A DNA stretch of 64,000 nucleotides, from positions 448,001 to 512,000 of the forward strand of contig CAXWPJ010000012.1 of NCBI GenBank assembly GCA_963664115.2, written 5' to 3'. Position 1 is the first letter of the stretch. Every line of letters starts with the position of its first letter. The DNA comes from Terriglobia bacterium. GTDB taxonomy: Bacteria > Acidobacteriota > Terriglobia > 20CM-2-55-15. Of the stretch, positions 21,579 to 31,619 are shown in pieces. Under the pieces are notes generated by a model, which did not search any database, was not told the origin of the DNA, and was given only the letters and a program-made list of their open reading frames with translations. A program made the translations under genes and the position numbers.

Positions 21579-22166
21579 ATGGAACTGCAAAGAATTAACG
21601 TCAAACTGTTCACCGACGCCGGCGGGAAAATTGCACTCGACCCCTTCCTGGATATTTTTTCGCGCTGGCGGGAAGACAGCGCTCACCCCAGCCGGTGGGT
21701 CGACCTGGCCGACTATGCACACGTAGCCAAGGGGCCGGGCGTGATGATGATAGGCAAACAAGGAAATCTCGGCCTCGATCTGGCCGATCCGGGCCCGGGC
21801 ATCCTATACGCCAACAAGCAGGACCTAGAAGGGACGACGGAGGATCGCCTGGTGGAAACTTTCAGACGTTGCCTGGCCCTGACCGGGGCACTCATTAAGG
21901 AACCGGAATATCCCCGGGATCTCAAGCCCCGGCCTGGATTCTGGGAACTGTCTTTCAACGACAGACTGGAAACACCCAATACGGATGAGACCGATCGCCA
22001 GCTCCGACCCGCGATAGAGGCCACCATTCGAAGACTGTTCGGCTCGGATCACACACTGATTCGCGAAGCCGATCCGAAACGCCGCTACGGCTTCGTCATT
22101 CACGCGGAAAGCATCCCCACTCTGGAAACAATTGCTCCGAGACTCCAGGTCGATTCTCTCCGCTGA
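21579..22166 (+). CDS. Hypothetical protein coupled to sulfite reductase
   Basis: Starts 8 bp after the sir stop; VDLADYAHV..GPG motif. Confidence 0.7.
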   Translation: MELQRINVKLFTDAGGKIALDPFLDIFSRWREDSAHPSRWVDLADYAHVAKGPGVMMIGKQGNLGLDLADPGPGILYANKQDLEGTTEDRLVETFRRCLALTGALIKEPEYPRDLKPRPGFWELSFNDRLETPNTDETDRQLRPAIEATIRRLFGSDHTLIREADPKRRYGFVIHAESIPTLETIAPRLQVDSLR

Positions 22167-22181
22167 CACCAGGAACGAAAC

Positions 22182-23795
22182 GTGTTCAATCGCCGGCAAT
22201 TCATTCTTTCCACCGTGCTTGGTAGTGCAGCGATCGCGACTGGCTGCGGGGTTCGGGAGCCGGCAAACCGGGTCGCTCCGAACACCCGCCAGATCCCCGA
22301 TTTCGAACTGGACGAACTCTCCGTGGCGGAACTCACAGCCAACATGGAGTCCGGCGCGATGAGCTCGGCCTCGATCACCGAACTCTATTTGAACCGAATT
22401 GCTGGGCTCGACACGATGGGACCCGAACTACGGACCGTTATCGAAACGAACCCCGACGCGCTGGAAACAGCTCGGGCCCTCGATCGAGAGCGCCGCACGA
22501 CGGGACCGCGGGGACCACTCCATGGCATTCCCGTCCTCCTGAAGGACAACATCAACACAGCGGACAGGATGACGACAACCGCAGGGTCATTGGCCCTCGA
22601 AGGGTCTATCCCTCCCCGGGATGCCTTCGTCACCCGGCAATTGCGCGCTGCCGGCGCCGTCATTCTCGGAAAGGCCAATCTGAGTGAGTGGGCCAACTTC
22701 AGGTCACGCGGCTCCTCCAGTGGCTGGAGCGCCCGCGGAGGACAGTGCCGCAACCCCTACGTACTCGACTACAACCCCTGTGGTTCCAGCTCGGGTTCTG
22801 CGGTCGCCGTCTCTGCAAACCTCGCCCCGTTGGCCATCGGAACCGAAACGAACGGGTCCATCATGTGCCCGTCTTCGCGAAACGGAATCGTCGGTGTCAA
22901 ACCAACGGTGGGACTCCTCAGCCGATCGGGGATCATCCCGATCTCAGAGAGCCAGGACACAGCAGGACCGATGACGCGAACGGTAGCGGATGCTGCCCTG
23001 GTTCTGGGAGCATTGACCGGTGTGGATCCCAACGATCAGGCCACCTCTGCGAGTGACGGCCGCTCTGAAACCGACTACCTGCAGTTTCTCGACACGGGAA
23101 GACTCGAGGGCGCCCGTATCGGAGTGGCCCGCAACTTCAACTTTGCTTCAGCGGTCTGGGATGTGTTTGAACCGGAAATCCAGCTGATGCGGGACGCCGG
23201 AGCCGAGATCCTAGACTCCGCCGATGTTCCGAACATAGACCGGTATGGCGACACGAGTTTTGAAGTCATGCTCTACGAGTTCAAATCGGGTCTGAACCAT
23301 TATCTGGAATCGCTGGGGCCGGACGCCCCCGTAAAAAGCCTGGCTGAAATTATTGAATTCAATGCGGCAAACCCCGAACGTGAACTGCCCTACTTTGGTC
23401 AGGACATTCTGATTGAAGCCCAACGAATGGGACCAACGAGCGAGCCGGATTATGTGGACGCTCTCGAAAACAACCGCCGCTTTTCACGGCGCGAAGGCAT
23501 CGACCAGGTCATGACCGCATACGACCTGGACGCAATCGTCGTTCCCACCGGGGGCCCTGCCTGGGTGACCGACCACGTCAACGGCAACCAGGGAACGGGT
23601 TCCAGTAGCCGGCCGGCTGCTGTCGCGGGCTATCCAAGCGTCACTGTTCCGATGGGGTTTGCGGGAGAGCTGCCCCTCGGCATCTCGTTTATCGGGCGCG
23701 CATGGACCGAACCCGTTATTCTGGGACTGGCTTTCGCTTATGAGCAGGCAAGCGGTCACCGGCGGCCGCCACAATTCCTGAATTCACCGGTTTGA
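22182..23795 (+). CDS. Amidase-signature family amidase, Tat-exported
   Basis: NRRQFI Tat motif; GPLHGIPVLLKDN, GSSSGS, GTETNGSI. Confidence 0.9.
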   Translation: MFNRRQFILSTVLGSAAIATGCGVREPANRVAPNTRQIPDFELDELSVAELTANMESGAMSSASITELYLNRIAGLDTMGPELRTVIETNPDALETARALDRERRTTGPRGPLHGIPVLLKDNINTADRMTTTAGSLALEGSIPPRDAFVTRQLRAAGAVILGKANLSEWANFRSRGSSSGWSARGGQCRNPYVLDYNPCGSSSGSAVAVSANLAPLAIGTETNGSIMCPSSRNGIVGVKPTVGLLSRSGIIPISESQDTAGPMTRTVADAALVLGALTGVDPNDQATSASDGRSETDYLQFLDTGRLEGARIGVARNFNFASAVWDVFEPEIQLMRDAGAEILDSADVPNIDRYGDTSFEVMLYEFKSGLNHYLESLGPDAPVKSLAEIIEFNAANPERELPYFGQDILIEAQRMGPTSEPDYVDALENNRRFSRREGIDQVMTAYDLDAIVVPTGGPAWVTDHVNGNQGTGSSSRPAAVAGYPSVTVPMGFAGELPLGISFIGRAWTEPVILGLAFAYEQASGHRRPPQFLNSPV

Positions 23796-23802
23796 TGGAA
23801 TC

Positions 23803-24042
23803 ATGATCCTGATCAACATCGTCGATCTTTACTCGCTCGTCGTCTTCGTTGCCGTCATTCTCTCGTGGGTTAAGCTCCCGCCCGACAACCCCGTAGCCGG
23901 GTTCGTCAACAGCATGACCGAACCCGTACTGAGTCGCATCCGCCAGGCGCTTCCGCCCATGGGCGGCCTGGATTTCTCGCCGATGATCCTTCTCGTTGGA
24001 CTTCAAATGTTAAAAGCTTTCTTGATCGGATCCTTACGCTGA
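23803..24042 (+). CDS. yggT: YggT family membrane protein
   Basis: ILSWV..NP..MTEPVL..IR..LPPMGGLDFSP. Confidence 0.9.
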   Translation: MILINIVDLYSLVVFVAVILSWVKLPPDNPVAGFVNSMTEPVLSRIRQALPPMGGLDFSPMILLVGLQMLKAFLIGSLR

Positions 24043-24180
24043 CACAGCCGGCCCCCAAACCAAGTCTCACAGTGCATAATTTTGAGTGGAACTCTTCCGG
24101 ATTCCGTGGACCACTCTTGTCTATACTCCCGATAGCATGGACTCGAATCACTGTTAAACCGGAGCGGTCGTCGACCAGGA

Positions 24181-25344
24181 ATGTACACCGTCAGACGTGC
24201 CGCCCGAACAAAAGACACACTGCTCGGAGGGCGTTTACAACCGGTGCCAACGATCTTCGATAAGCAGGATTCCCTACCCCGCCCGGTCCGGCTCGGACTG
24301 CTTCTGCTGTTGATGTATGCCTTCTTCCTGAGCATCACCTTGATGGGCGACTCGTTTCAGTTCTTCGGACGAGGATTTGCCGAACAGTTGCTCTCAACAA
24401 CCTCCAATCCCTTCATCGGAATCTTCATCGGCATCCTGGCAACGAGCCTTGTCCAGAGCTCATCGACCACAACGTCGATGGCCGTGGGGCTGGTCGCAGG
24501 AGGCGCACTGACGGTTGCTGGAGCCATACCTATTATTATCGGGGCCAATATCGGCACCAGCGTCACGAACACCCTGGTATCGTTGGGCCACGTTTCGCGC
24601 CCCGCAGAGTTCCGGCGGGCTTTCGCGGCGGCCACAGTTCACGATTTCTTCAATGTTATGGCCGTAGTCATCCTGTTCCCTCTCCAGCTTTCGACAAATT
24701 TTCTGGGACGGTTGTCCACCGTTCTTGAGGGCTGGCTCCGGAACTCCGGGGGCTTTACCCTGGTCAACCCGATCAAACTGATTGTGGATCCCGTGGCAGC
24801 GTTGATCGCCAGGACCACGGGCGAGTCCGGCACGATCATGTTGCTGATATCGATCGCTCTCCTGTTTATCGCGCTCCGCTACATCATCATCAACTTGAAA
24901 ATATTGGTCGTCGAGCGCGTCGAGGCATTTTTCGATACGATACTCTTCAAGACCGCGCCGCGCGCGTTTCTGTTCGGCGTAGTCCTGACGATCATGGTTC
25001 AGAGCAGTTCAATTACGACATCCTTTGCCGTACCCTTGGCGGGTGCAGGTATCCTGACTCTCCGCCAGATATTCCCGATGACGTTGGGCGCGAATCTGGG
25101 AACAACGATTACTGCAATGCTTGCCGCACTGGTCACAGGGAACTCGGCCGCCGTGACCGTCGCTTTCGCCCACATTCTATTCAATGTCTTTGGCATCGCG
25201 ATTATCTGGCCCCTACGACAGTTCCCGATCTATTGCGCAAATGCGATGGCGGACCTGGCGACGCGGTCGCGACTGGTTCCGTTTGTCTACGTGACGACAT
25301 TATTTTTTCTGATCCCGCTGACTCTAATCTATCTGATGGGGTGA
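24181..25344 (+). CDS. Na+/phosphate cotransporter (NptA family)
   Basis: Two VQSSS repeats with GANIGT / GANLGT; start may be GTG 24244. Confidence 0.9.
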   Translation: MYTVRRAARTKDTLLGGRLQPVPTIFDKQDSLPRPVRLGLLLLLMYAFFLSITLMGDSFQFFGRGFAEQLLSTTSNPFIGIFIGILATSLVQSSSTTTSMAVGLVAGGALTVAGAIPIIIGANIGTSVTNTLVSLGHVSRPAEFRRAFAAATVHDFFNVMAVVILFPLQLSTNFLGRLSTVLEGWLRNSGGFTLVNPIKLIVDPVAALIARTTGESGTIMLLISIALLFIALRYIIINLKILVVERVEAFFDTILFKTAPRAFLFGVVLTIMVQSSSITTSFAVPLAGAGILTLRQIFPMTLGANLGTTITAMLAALVTGNSAAVTVAFAHILFNVFGIAIIWPLRQFPIYCANAMADLATRSRLVPFVYVTTLFFLIPLTLIYLMG

Positions 25345-25351
25345 CCTGGAA

Positions 25352-26035
25352 ATGATCCGATTCAAAGAACTGATTGAACTGTGGCGTACAGCAAATTCGC
25401 TCACACGGGCGTTTGAGGATTCCCACGTGATGCTGGAGATCACGAGACAGATGTTTACCGTCTCGGTCCAATCATTGCGCCAGAGCGATTCCGCCGAAGT
25501 CGGCGTGGAAATTTATGCGATGGACCAGAAAATCAACCAGTATGAACAGGACGTTCGACGCAATGTATTGAAACACCTGGCAATCACCGGTGGTGCGAAT
25601 ATCATTCCCGGTCTGATCCTGACCAGCATCGTGATCGACATCGAACGGATCGGAGACTACACCAAAAACATCAAGGACCTCGCCGCCGGTCACCCGACAC
25701 GCCTCACGGGTGGTCGCTACAATGAAGACCTGATAAATCTTGAAACGGGTGTCGGAGAGGTCTATGAAAAAATACTGCCGATGCTCAAATCTTCAGATTC
25801 GGCGGGAGCACGAAAGCTGATGAAGGGCCATTGGTGGATACTTCAAAAGTGCGACGAGATCGTCAAAGAGCTGATTGCCTCGCCGGACCCGGAGATCACC
25901 GCGACGGACGCCGTCGCAACCGCCCTGTACACCCGCTATCTCAAACGCATCGCGGCACATCTCATGAACATTGCTTCCAGTATTTTCAATCCCTTCGAGC
26001 GTATCGGATTTCGTGCAGAAGAAGATGATGAGTAG
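25352..26035 (+). CDS. PhoU-domain phosphate uptake regulator
   Basis: DQKINQYEQDVRR, DIERIGDY, RYLKRIAAH; follows the Na/Pi transporter. Confidence 0.85.
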   Translation: MIRFKELIELWRTANSLTRAFEDSHVMLEITRQMFTVSVQSLRQSDSAEVGVEIYAMDQKINQYEQDVRRNVLKHLAITGGANIIPGLILTSIVIDIERIGDYTKNIKDLAAGHPTRLTGGRYNEDLINLETGVGEVYEKILPMLKSSDSAGARKLMKGHWWILQKCDEIVKELIASPDPEITATDAVATALYTRYLKRIAAHLMNIASSIFNPFERIGFRAEEDDE

Positions 26036-26189
26036 ACACGAATTGAACCCCTAGCCAGGCTCGAATCGCGGCGCCCAACTCCTGTTAAAGCATGCGTTTA
26101 CGATCACCCTTCACGTCTTCACCAACACGCGGCCCGACAGTCGAGGCTCATGTGTTCACAGTATGGAATGCGCAGTCTGAAAACATCAG

Positions 26190-26219
26190 TTGACGCGGTC
26201 GCTGGCGCCGCGCTATCCT
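26190..26219 (+). promoter_or_regulatory. Sigma70-type promoter of the riboswitch leader
   Basis: TTGACG-18 bp-TATCCT about 18 bp before riboswitch 1. Confidence 0.55.
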
Positions 26220-26236
26220 TTCCGGGCTGGTTATAG

Positions 26237-26284
26237 ACGTGGTGATTTACTTAAATTGCTCCACGTTAAAGATGTGCTAAACAG
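26237..26284 (+). ncRNA. SAM-II (SAM-alpha type) riboswitch 1
   Basis: ACGTGG-TGATTT-..-ATTGC-T-CCACGT-TAAA-..-GCTAAA matches the SAM-II consensus as recalled; P1 ACGTGG/CCACGT. Confidence 0.8.
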
Positions 26285-26300
26285 CTCAGGTGTCCCGCGA

Positions 26301-26337
26301 AGCCCTGCGCCCGTTTGGTGTAGGGTTTTTGTATTTT
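26301..26337 (+). terminator. Intrinsic terminator after riboswitch 1
   Basis: AGCCCTGCGCC-cgttt-GGTGTAGGGTT stem (with G-U pairs) followed by a T-rich tract. Confidence 0.7.
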
Positions 26338-26342
26338 GGGCA

Positions 26343-26391
26343 GCGTGGCGATTTAAGACAAATTGCTCCACGTTAAAGATGTGCTAAACAG
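26343..26391 (+). ncRNA. SAM-II riboswitch 2
   Basis: GCGTGG-CGATTT-..-AAATTGCTCCACGTTAAAGATGTGCTAAACAG; the last 32 nt are identical to copy 1. Confidence 0.8.
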
Positions 26392-26407
26392 TCCGGCGGA
26401 TTTCGGA

Positions 26408-26442
26408 AAGAACCCCGCGCTGTATGGCGCGGGGTTCTTTTT
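26408..26442 (+). terminator. Intrinsic terminator after riboswitch 2
   Basis: AAGAACCCCGCGC-tgtatg-GCGCGGGGTTCTT then TTT. Confidence 0.85.
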
Positions 26443-26502
26443 GGTTCACTCCCCGTTTTCAAGGGCGAACCCCCCGTCACGCCGGAACGAGGAGAGATCG
26501 AC

Positions 26503-27741
26503 ATGAGTTTTGTTACAGGGTTGAGCTGCCGCGAATGCGGTCGTCAATACCCGAAACGTCTGATTGCAGGATGCCAGGAATGCTTCGCACCTCTCAAGGT
26601 CGAGTACGACTACGAGGCGATCGGCAAAGTGCTGACTCGTGACGTCATTCGATCACGCGACAACTCGATCTGGCGTTATCGCGAACTGCTGCCAATCGAC
26701 GGTGATCCCCAGATCGGACTCGATACCGGGGGCACCCCGCTGGTTCGAGCCGAACGATTGGGCAACGCTATCGGCATCGATGAACTTTATATCAAGAATG
26801 ACAGTGTGAACTTTCCGACCCTTTCCTTCAAAGACCGCGTGACGGCCGTCGCAATCAACAAGGCCCTGGAATTTGGTCTCCAGGCTGTCGGATGTGCCTC
26901 CACCGGAAACCTCGCAAATTCTGTGGCAGCCAATGCGGCTGCGGCTGGACTGCCGGCATGGATATTGATTCCGGACAATCTGGAAGCGGCGAAAGTCAAC
27001 GCGACCTCCGTCTACGGTTCACACGTAATCGCCGTTCGCGGCAACTATGACGACGTCAACCGCCTGTGCAGCCAGATCGCCGACCACTACGGCTGGGGAT
27101 TCGTCAACGTCAACCTGCGTCCCTATTACGGCGACGGATCTAAATCCTTCGGATATGAAATCGCCGAGCAGCTCGGCTGGCGTGCGCCCGACGCGATCGT
27201 TGTACCCATGGCTGGCGGATCCTTGATCACGAAAACGCATTTCGGAATGAAAGAATTCGAAAGCCTCGGATTGCTCGACGAACCGGTCCGGACCAAGATA
27301 TTCGGCGCCCAAGCGACCGGTTGTAACCCCATCACCGCGGCAGTCAAGAGTGGTACCCGCAAGATTCGGCCCGTTAAACCATCGACCATCGCCAAGTCGC
27401 TGGCCATTGGCTCGCCGGCCGATGGCTACTACGCAGTGGAAGTCATTACGGAATCCGGCGGATGGGGCGAAGACGTCACGGACGAAGAAATTGCCGAAAA
27501 CATCCAGTTACTGGCAGAGACGGAAGGCATCTACACTGAAACTGCCGGCGGCGTTGCTCTGGGCGTCACTCGAAAACTGGTGGCACAAGGCAGGATCAAG
27601 CGGCAGGACGTCACGGTGATCGCGAATACCGGAAACGGCCTGAAAACACAGGATGCCCTGACTCTTCAACCCCCCAGAACAATTGAAGCCAAGCTTGCAG
27701 AGTTCGACGCAGCCGTCCACGAGCTCAGCGTGACAGCCTAG
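26503..27741 (+). CDS. thrC: Threonine synthase-family PLP enzyme, probably an O-phosphohomoserine sulfhydrylase
   Basis: N-terminal CxxC..CxxC; PTLSFKDR, ASTGN, PMAGG, TGNGLK; SAM riboswitch and sulfur-carrier context. Confidence 0.8.
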   Translation: MSFVTGLSCRECGRQYPKRLIAGCQECFAPLKVEYDYEAIGKVLTRDVIRSRDNSIWRYRELLPIDGDPQIGLDTGGTPLVRAERLGNAIGIDELYIKNDSVNFPTLSFKDRVTAVAINKALEFGLQAVGCASTGNLANSVAANAAAAGLPAWILIPDNLEAAKVNATSVYGSHVIAVRGNYDDVNRLCSQIADHYGWGFVNVNLRPYYGDGSKSFGYEIAEQLGWRAPDAIVVPMAGGSLITKTHFGMKEFESLGLLDEPVRTKIFGAQATGCNPITAAVKSGTRKIRPVKPSTIAKSLAIGSPADGYYAVEVITESGGWGEDVTDEEIAENIQLLAETEGIYTETAGGVALGVTRKLVAQGRIKRQDVTVIANTGNGLKTQDALTLQPPRTIEAKLAEFDAAVHELSVTA

Positions 27742-27772
27742 TGGCAGCTACCAGCCATATCGGAGGCATTCG

Positions 27773-28054
27773 ATGACTACTCGAGTCACCATTCCTACAC
27801 CGCTTCGGCGATTCACTGCAGAAGACGCCGAAATTGATGTCGAAGCCGACACGATTTCAGAGATCCTGAATGAGCTGGATCAGAAGTATCCGGGTCTGAA
27901 AGCCCGCCTCTGCGAGGAAAACGGGGAGTTGCGACGCTTCTTCAACATTTACGTCGACGAAGAAGACGTGCGCTTCCTGGATGACCTACAGACGAAGGTT
28001 CCGGCTGGAGCGGAAGTCTCGATTATCCCTGCTATCTCCGGCGGACGGTTCTAG
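27773..28054 (+). CDS. MoaD/ThiS/CysO-type ubiquitin-like sulfur carrier protein
   Basis: IPTPLR, NIYVDEED, IIPAISGG-RF C-terminus. Confidence 0.9.
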   Translation: MTTRVTIPTPLRRFTAEDAEIDVEADTISEILNELDQKYPGLKARLCEENGELRRFFNIYVDEEDVRFLDDLQTKVPAGAEVSIIPAISGGRF

Positions 28055-28256
28055 CAACCCAAATGCTCTCTCGCCATGTAGGATTTCGCTCGGTCGTTCA
28101 TTCGGACATCCGGTCCCAGTAAGACCTGCACCGGTCCGACGGTGCGGGTGGCCAACGAGGCGGCAGCCGAGGCGGCAGAGTAAGAAGATGCTCCGATCGC
28201 TTTAAAACGAAACTCTCTGGCACCACCCCTCGAAGCAAGCACACCAAAACCGCACC

Positions 28257-29675
28257 TTACCCTAATTCTTTCCCACCACCCATCGCCGCACGAATCCGGG
28301 CAAGCCGTTCTCTCTCTCCCACAGTCACCCCGAAAACGATCACCGCCGGTGATAGGATTCCGTTCGACAGTTCTTCGATGTTCTCCAGGGTTCCGACACG
28401 CACATCCTGTTCTGTCCATGTCCCCCGCGATATCACGGCGGCTGGTGTCTCGCTGTGGCAACCGGCCTGGCTGAGGCGACGCACGATGACATCCAGACGG
28501 GACAGCCCCATCAGCACGACAACCGTCCCGCCTCCGGCGACGACACTCCGAGCGCCGACCCACTCCTCCGGACTCGCGTCGTCGGCTCGGGAGCCCGTCA
28601 TCACCATGAACGAATGTGCCACGTCACGGTGTGTGACCGGTATGCCGGCAGCCGCCGGCGCGGAGATCGCGCTGGTCACGCCGGGAATAATTTCAAAGGG
28701 AATGTCCGCCTCAGTCAACGCGCGCGCTTCTTCCCCACCCCGCCCGAACACGAATGGGTCGCCCCCTTTCAGACGACACACGCTCAGGCCTCGTTTCGCC
28801 CGCTCGACCATTGTTTCTTGAATAAAATCCTGCATGCGGCCACCGTCCCCGACCTGTTTGCCGACATCGATCACTTCGGCTCCCGCACGTGCTTCCTCCA
28901 AAAGGCGAGTATCGATGAGGCGATCGTGCAAGATCACATCAGCCATGCGAAGCAAGTCCAGCCCTCGTGATGTGATCAGTCCGGGGTCTCCGGGTCCTGA
29001 GCCAACGATATATACACAGCCGGATGCCCGGGGAGAGCCCTTCGAAGCATCCCGGATGATCGCGTCAATCCGTAATTCGATTGTCTCCAGATCCGATTCA
29101 AGAATCCTGTGGAGGATGTTCGAATCCACAATCCGATAGTGCAGTTGCCGGCGTTCTTCTTCGTCCGACACGGACTCTTTCACGCGCGAACGAATTCGGC
29201 TCAACACCTCGAGGAGCTTCTCGTATTCAGGTCCCACGATCGACGCTATGCGTCGCCTCAATCGAGCCGCCAAGGCCGGACTCGCACCCCCGGTTGAAAT
29301 CGCTATCGTTAAATCGCCACGCCGCACGAGGGCGGGCATGATGAAATCGCATTTCGACGGATCGTCGGCAACGTTGATCGGGATTTTCCCCTCACGCGAT
29401 TCATGCCAGGCGGCTGCATTGACTTTCGGATCATCGCTTGCCGTCAACACCACCCAGGAGTCGGTCAGATCTCCAGACTCATAAGCGCGCAGATGCACGC
29501 TGATCTTGCCGGCTTCGGAGAGCGATTCGAGTATCGATGTCACTTCAGGACTGATCACCGTCACGCGCGCATCGCACTCAAGAAGCGCCTGAACCCGTTG
29601 CTCGGCGACATGACCGCCACCGATGACCGTCACGCGGCGGTCTTTTACGTTGAGCGAAATCGGGAAATATTTCAT
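28257..29675 (-). CDS. cysG: Siroheme synthase (CysG-B plus CysG-A)
   Basis: IGGGHVA, ISTGGASP, VGSGPGDPGLIT, RLKGGDPFVFGRGGEE. Confidence 0.93.
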   Translation of the reverse strand: MKYFPISLNVKDRRVTVIGGGHVAEQRVQALLECDARVTVISPEVTSILESLSEAGKISVHLRAYESGDLTDSWVVLTASDDPKVNAAAWHESREGKIPINVADDPSKCDFIMPALVRRGDLTIAISTGGASPALAARLRRRIASIVGPEYEKLLEVLSRIRSRVKESVSDEEERRQLHYRIVDSNILHRILESDLETIELRIDAIIRDASKGSPRASGCVYIVGSGPGDPGLITSRGLDLLRMADVILHDRLIDTRLLEEARAGAEVIDVGKQVGDGGRMQDFIQETMVERAKRGLSVCRLKGGDPFVFGRGGEEARALTEADIPFEIIPGVTSAISAPAAAGIPVTHRDVAHSFMVMTGSRADDASPEEWVGARSVVAGGGTVVVLMGLSRLDVIVRRLSQAGCHSETPAAVISRGTWTEQDVRVGTLENIEELSNGILSPAVIVFGVTVGERERLARIRAAMGGGKELG

Positions 29676-30492
29676 CGCTCGGTGTGCTCGAAATACGTCG
29701 CAATCGCGTCTGCGAGGGGAGCCATCTTTGGCGCCGTCGGCAGAATCCGCGCCGTGATCCGACGGCTGACCAATGCCCGTCCGGTTACCTCACCGACCAC
29801 CGCAACAGAAATCCTGTCGTTAAAAGCACGCCACAGTTCTTCCAATCGACCGGCCGTTCCGGCCGTTTGAAAAAGCGATTCAATCTGGGGCGCACTCGTA
29901 AAGGTGATCGCGTCCACCCCGCCCGAGAGCAGCGTTTCGATAAAGTCGAGCACCCGTCTCGTGTCGGAGGCCGGACCGTAGTTATATACTTGTACGATGG
30001 ATACTCGTGCACCGAGATCTTCCAGACCCGAAACGAAATCTGGATTCGGACTCCCGTAGAGCTGGACTCCAATGCGTTTTCCTTCGAGTTGCTCCTTCCG
30101 GAACAGCTCGAGCAAACCCTCAGAAGTCGCTTTTTCTGGCGCCAGATCGACGCTCAAACCCAACTTTCTCATCGCTGCTCGAGGTTTCGGGCCGCGGGCA
30201 ACGACCTTCATTCTTTTCAAAGCTTCTTTGAATGCATCCGATCGGCCCATAGCCGCGGCTTCCTCTCCAATGAACCGCGCGCCGACTCCGGTAAAAAACA
30301 CCACAAAATCGAAATCTTCTTCGATGATCCCCTCGATGAAGACACGCAACTGGGCGCGGTTCCGAACGGGCCTCTCTTCTAATAAAGGACAAGAAATAAC
30401 CGTGGCCCCGTGCCGCTCGATCAACGACAGAGGTGGACCCCATACGTTGGACAGCTTGGCAGCCAATTTAAGGTGGATTCCGCGGTTCATGT

Positions 30493-31341
30493 TTATGCTG
30501 CCGAGGTCAGTGGCCGTGTTCCCGCGTAGGCTTCGCTCGGCGTGAGATCGTCGAGTTTGGAATGCGGGCGGTCGTTATTGTAATAGTTCATCCAGACACC
30601 TATGTGGTGCCGGGCATCTTTGAAGTCACTGAAGGCGTTTAGATAAACGCATTCGTATTTGATCGAGCGCCATAGGCGTTCGATGAAAACGTTGTCGATC
30701 CATTGCCCCTTGCCGTCCATGGAGATCCGGATACCTCGTTCTTTAAGTCGGTCGGTCCAGGCCTTGCTGGTGAACTGGCTGCCCTGATCGGTGTTGAAGA
30801 TTTCCGGACTGCCGTATTCCTCGATCGCCTCGTCGAGGGCTTCAAGGCAAAACGTCGTGTCCTGGGTGTTGGACAGCCGCCAGGACAACACCTTCCGCGT
30901 ATGCCAGTCCATGATCGCGACCAGATATAAGAATCCGTGCGCCATCGGGATATACGTCACGTCGGTAGACCACGCTTGATTCGCCCGCTCCACGGCAATG
31001 TCGTTGAGTAGATATGGGTACACCGGATGAGCCGGGTTTCTCCGGGACGTCTGCGGTGCCACCGAGCGCAGCCCCATCAACCGCATTAGTCGGCGTACCC
31101 GCTTCCGGCCCACATCGTAGCCGAGACGTTTCAGATGACGCGTCATCTGCCTGGACCCATACCAGGGCATCTTCAGATACGCCTCGTCGATCACGCGCAT
31201 CAGGTCCAGATTGCGATCACTCTCACCCCGTGGCCGATAGTACCAACTCGAACGGCTCAACCCGATCAAGTCGCATTGCCGGACCACACTGAGCTGCTCA
31301 TGGCCCGGTTCGACCACCTCGCGCCTTCGACCCAAGCTCAT
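30493..31341 (-). CDS. IS3 OrfB DDE transposase
   Basis: WSTDVTYI, NTDQGSQF, DNVFIERLWRSIKYE. Confidence 0.92.
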   Translation of the reverse strand: MSLGRRREVVEPGHEQLSVVRQCDLIGLSRSSWYYRPRGESDRNLDLMRVIDEAYLKMPWYGSRQMTRHLKRLGYDVGRKRVRRLMRLMGLRSVAPQTSRRNPAHPVYPYLLNDIAVERANQAWSTDVTYIPMAHGFLYLVAIMDWHTRKVLSWRLSNTQDTTFCLEALDEAIEEYGSPEIFNTDQGSQFTSKAWTDRLKERGIRISMDGKGQWIDNVFIERLWRSIKYECVYLNAFSDFKDARHHIGVWMNYYNNDRPHSKLDDLTPSEAYAGTRPLTSAA

Positions 31342-31619
31342 CGATTGAAGGCTCGTGCTAAAAAATCCCGTTCCACGACCAGTTCACCGATCTTGGCCTG
31401 CAGGTCTTTGATCTCGTCCTCGTGGTTCCGGGCCGATGGATCCCGGCCTCGCTGGAATCCTTCTTTAACGCTATCAAGCGCATCACGCTTCCACTTCGTG
31501 ATCATGTTCGGATGGATCTTGTACCGCGCCGCCAATTCGGCCATCGTGCCGTCGCCACGCATCGCGGCCAGCGCTACCTTCGCTTTGAAATCTGCTGAAA
31601 AATTCCGTCGTTTCGCCAT
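31338..31619 (-). CDS. IS3 OrfA HTH protein
   Basis: RRNFSADFKAKVAL..IHPNMITKWK; ATGA overlap with orfB. Confidence 0.9.
   Translation of the reverse strand: MAKRRNFSADFKAKVALAAMRGDGTMAELAARYKIHPNMITKWKRDALDSVKEGFQRGRDPSARNHEDEIKDLQAKIGELVVERDFLARAFNR

Noticed and set aside
26272-26387. Met-Cys-stop mini-ORFs (ATGTGCTAA twice) as cysteine attenuator leaders
   Set aside because: No RBS, and the bases fall in the conserved GCTAAA 3' strand of the SAM-II fold, which explains them better.
26253-26391. 32-bp direct repeat as a mini CRISPR array
   Set aside because: Only two copies, a spacer of about 75 bp containing a terminator, and no cas genes.
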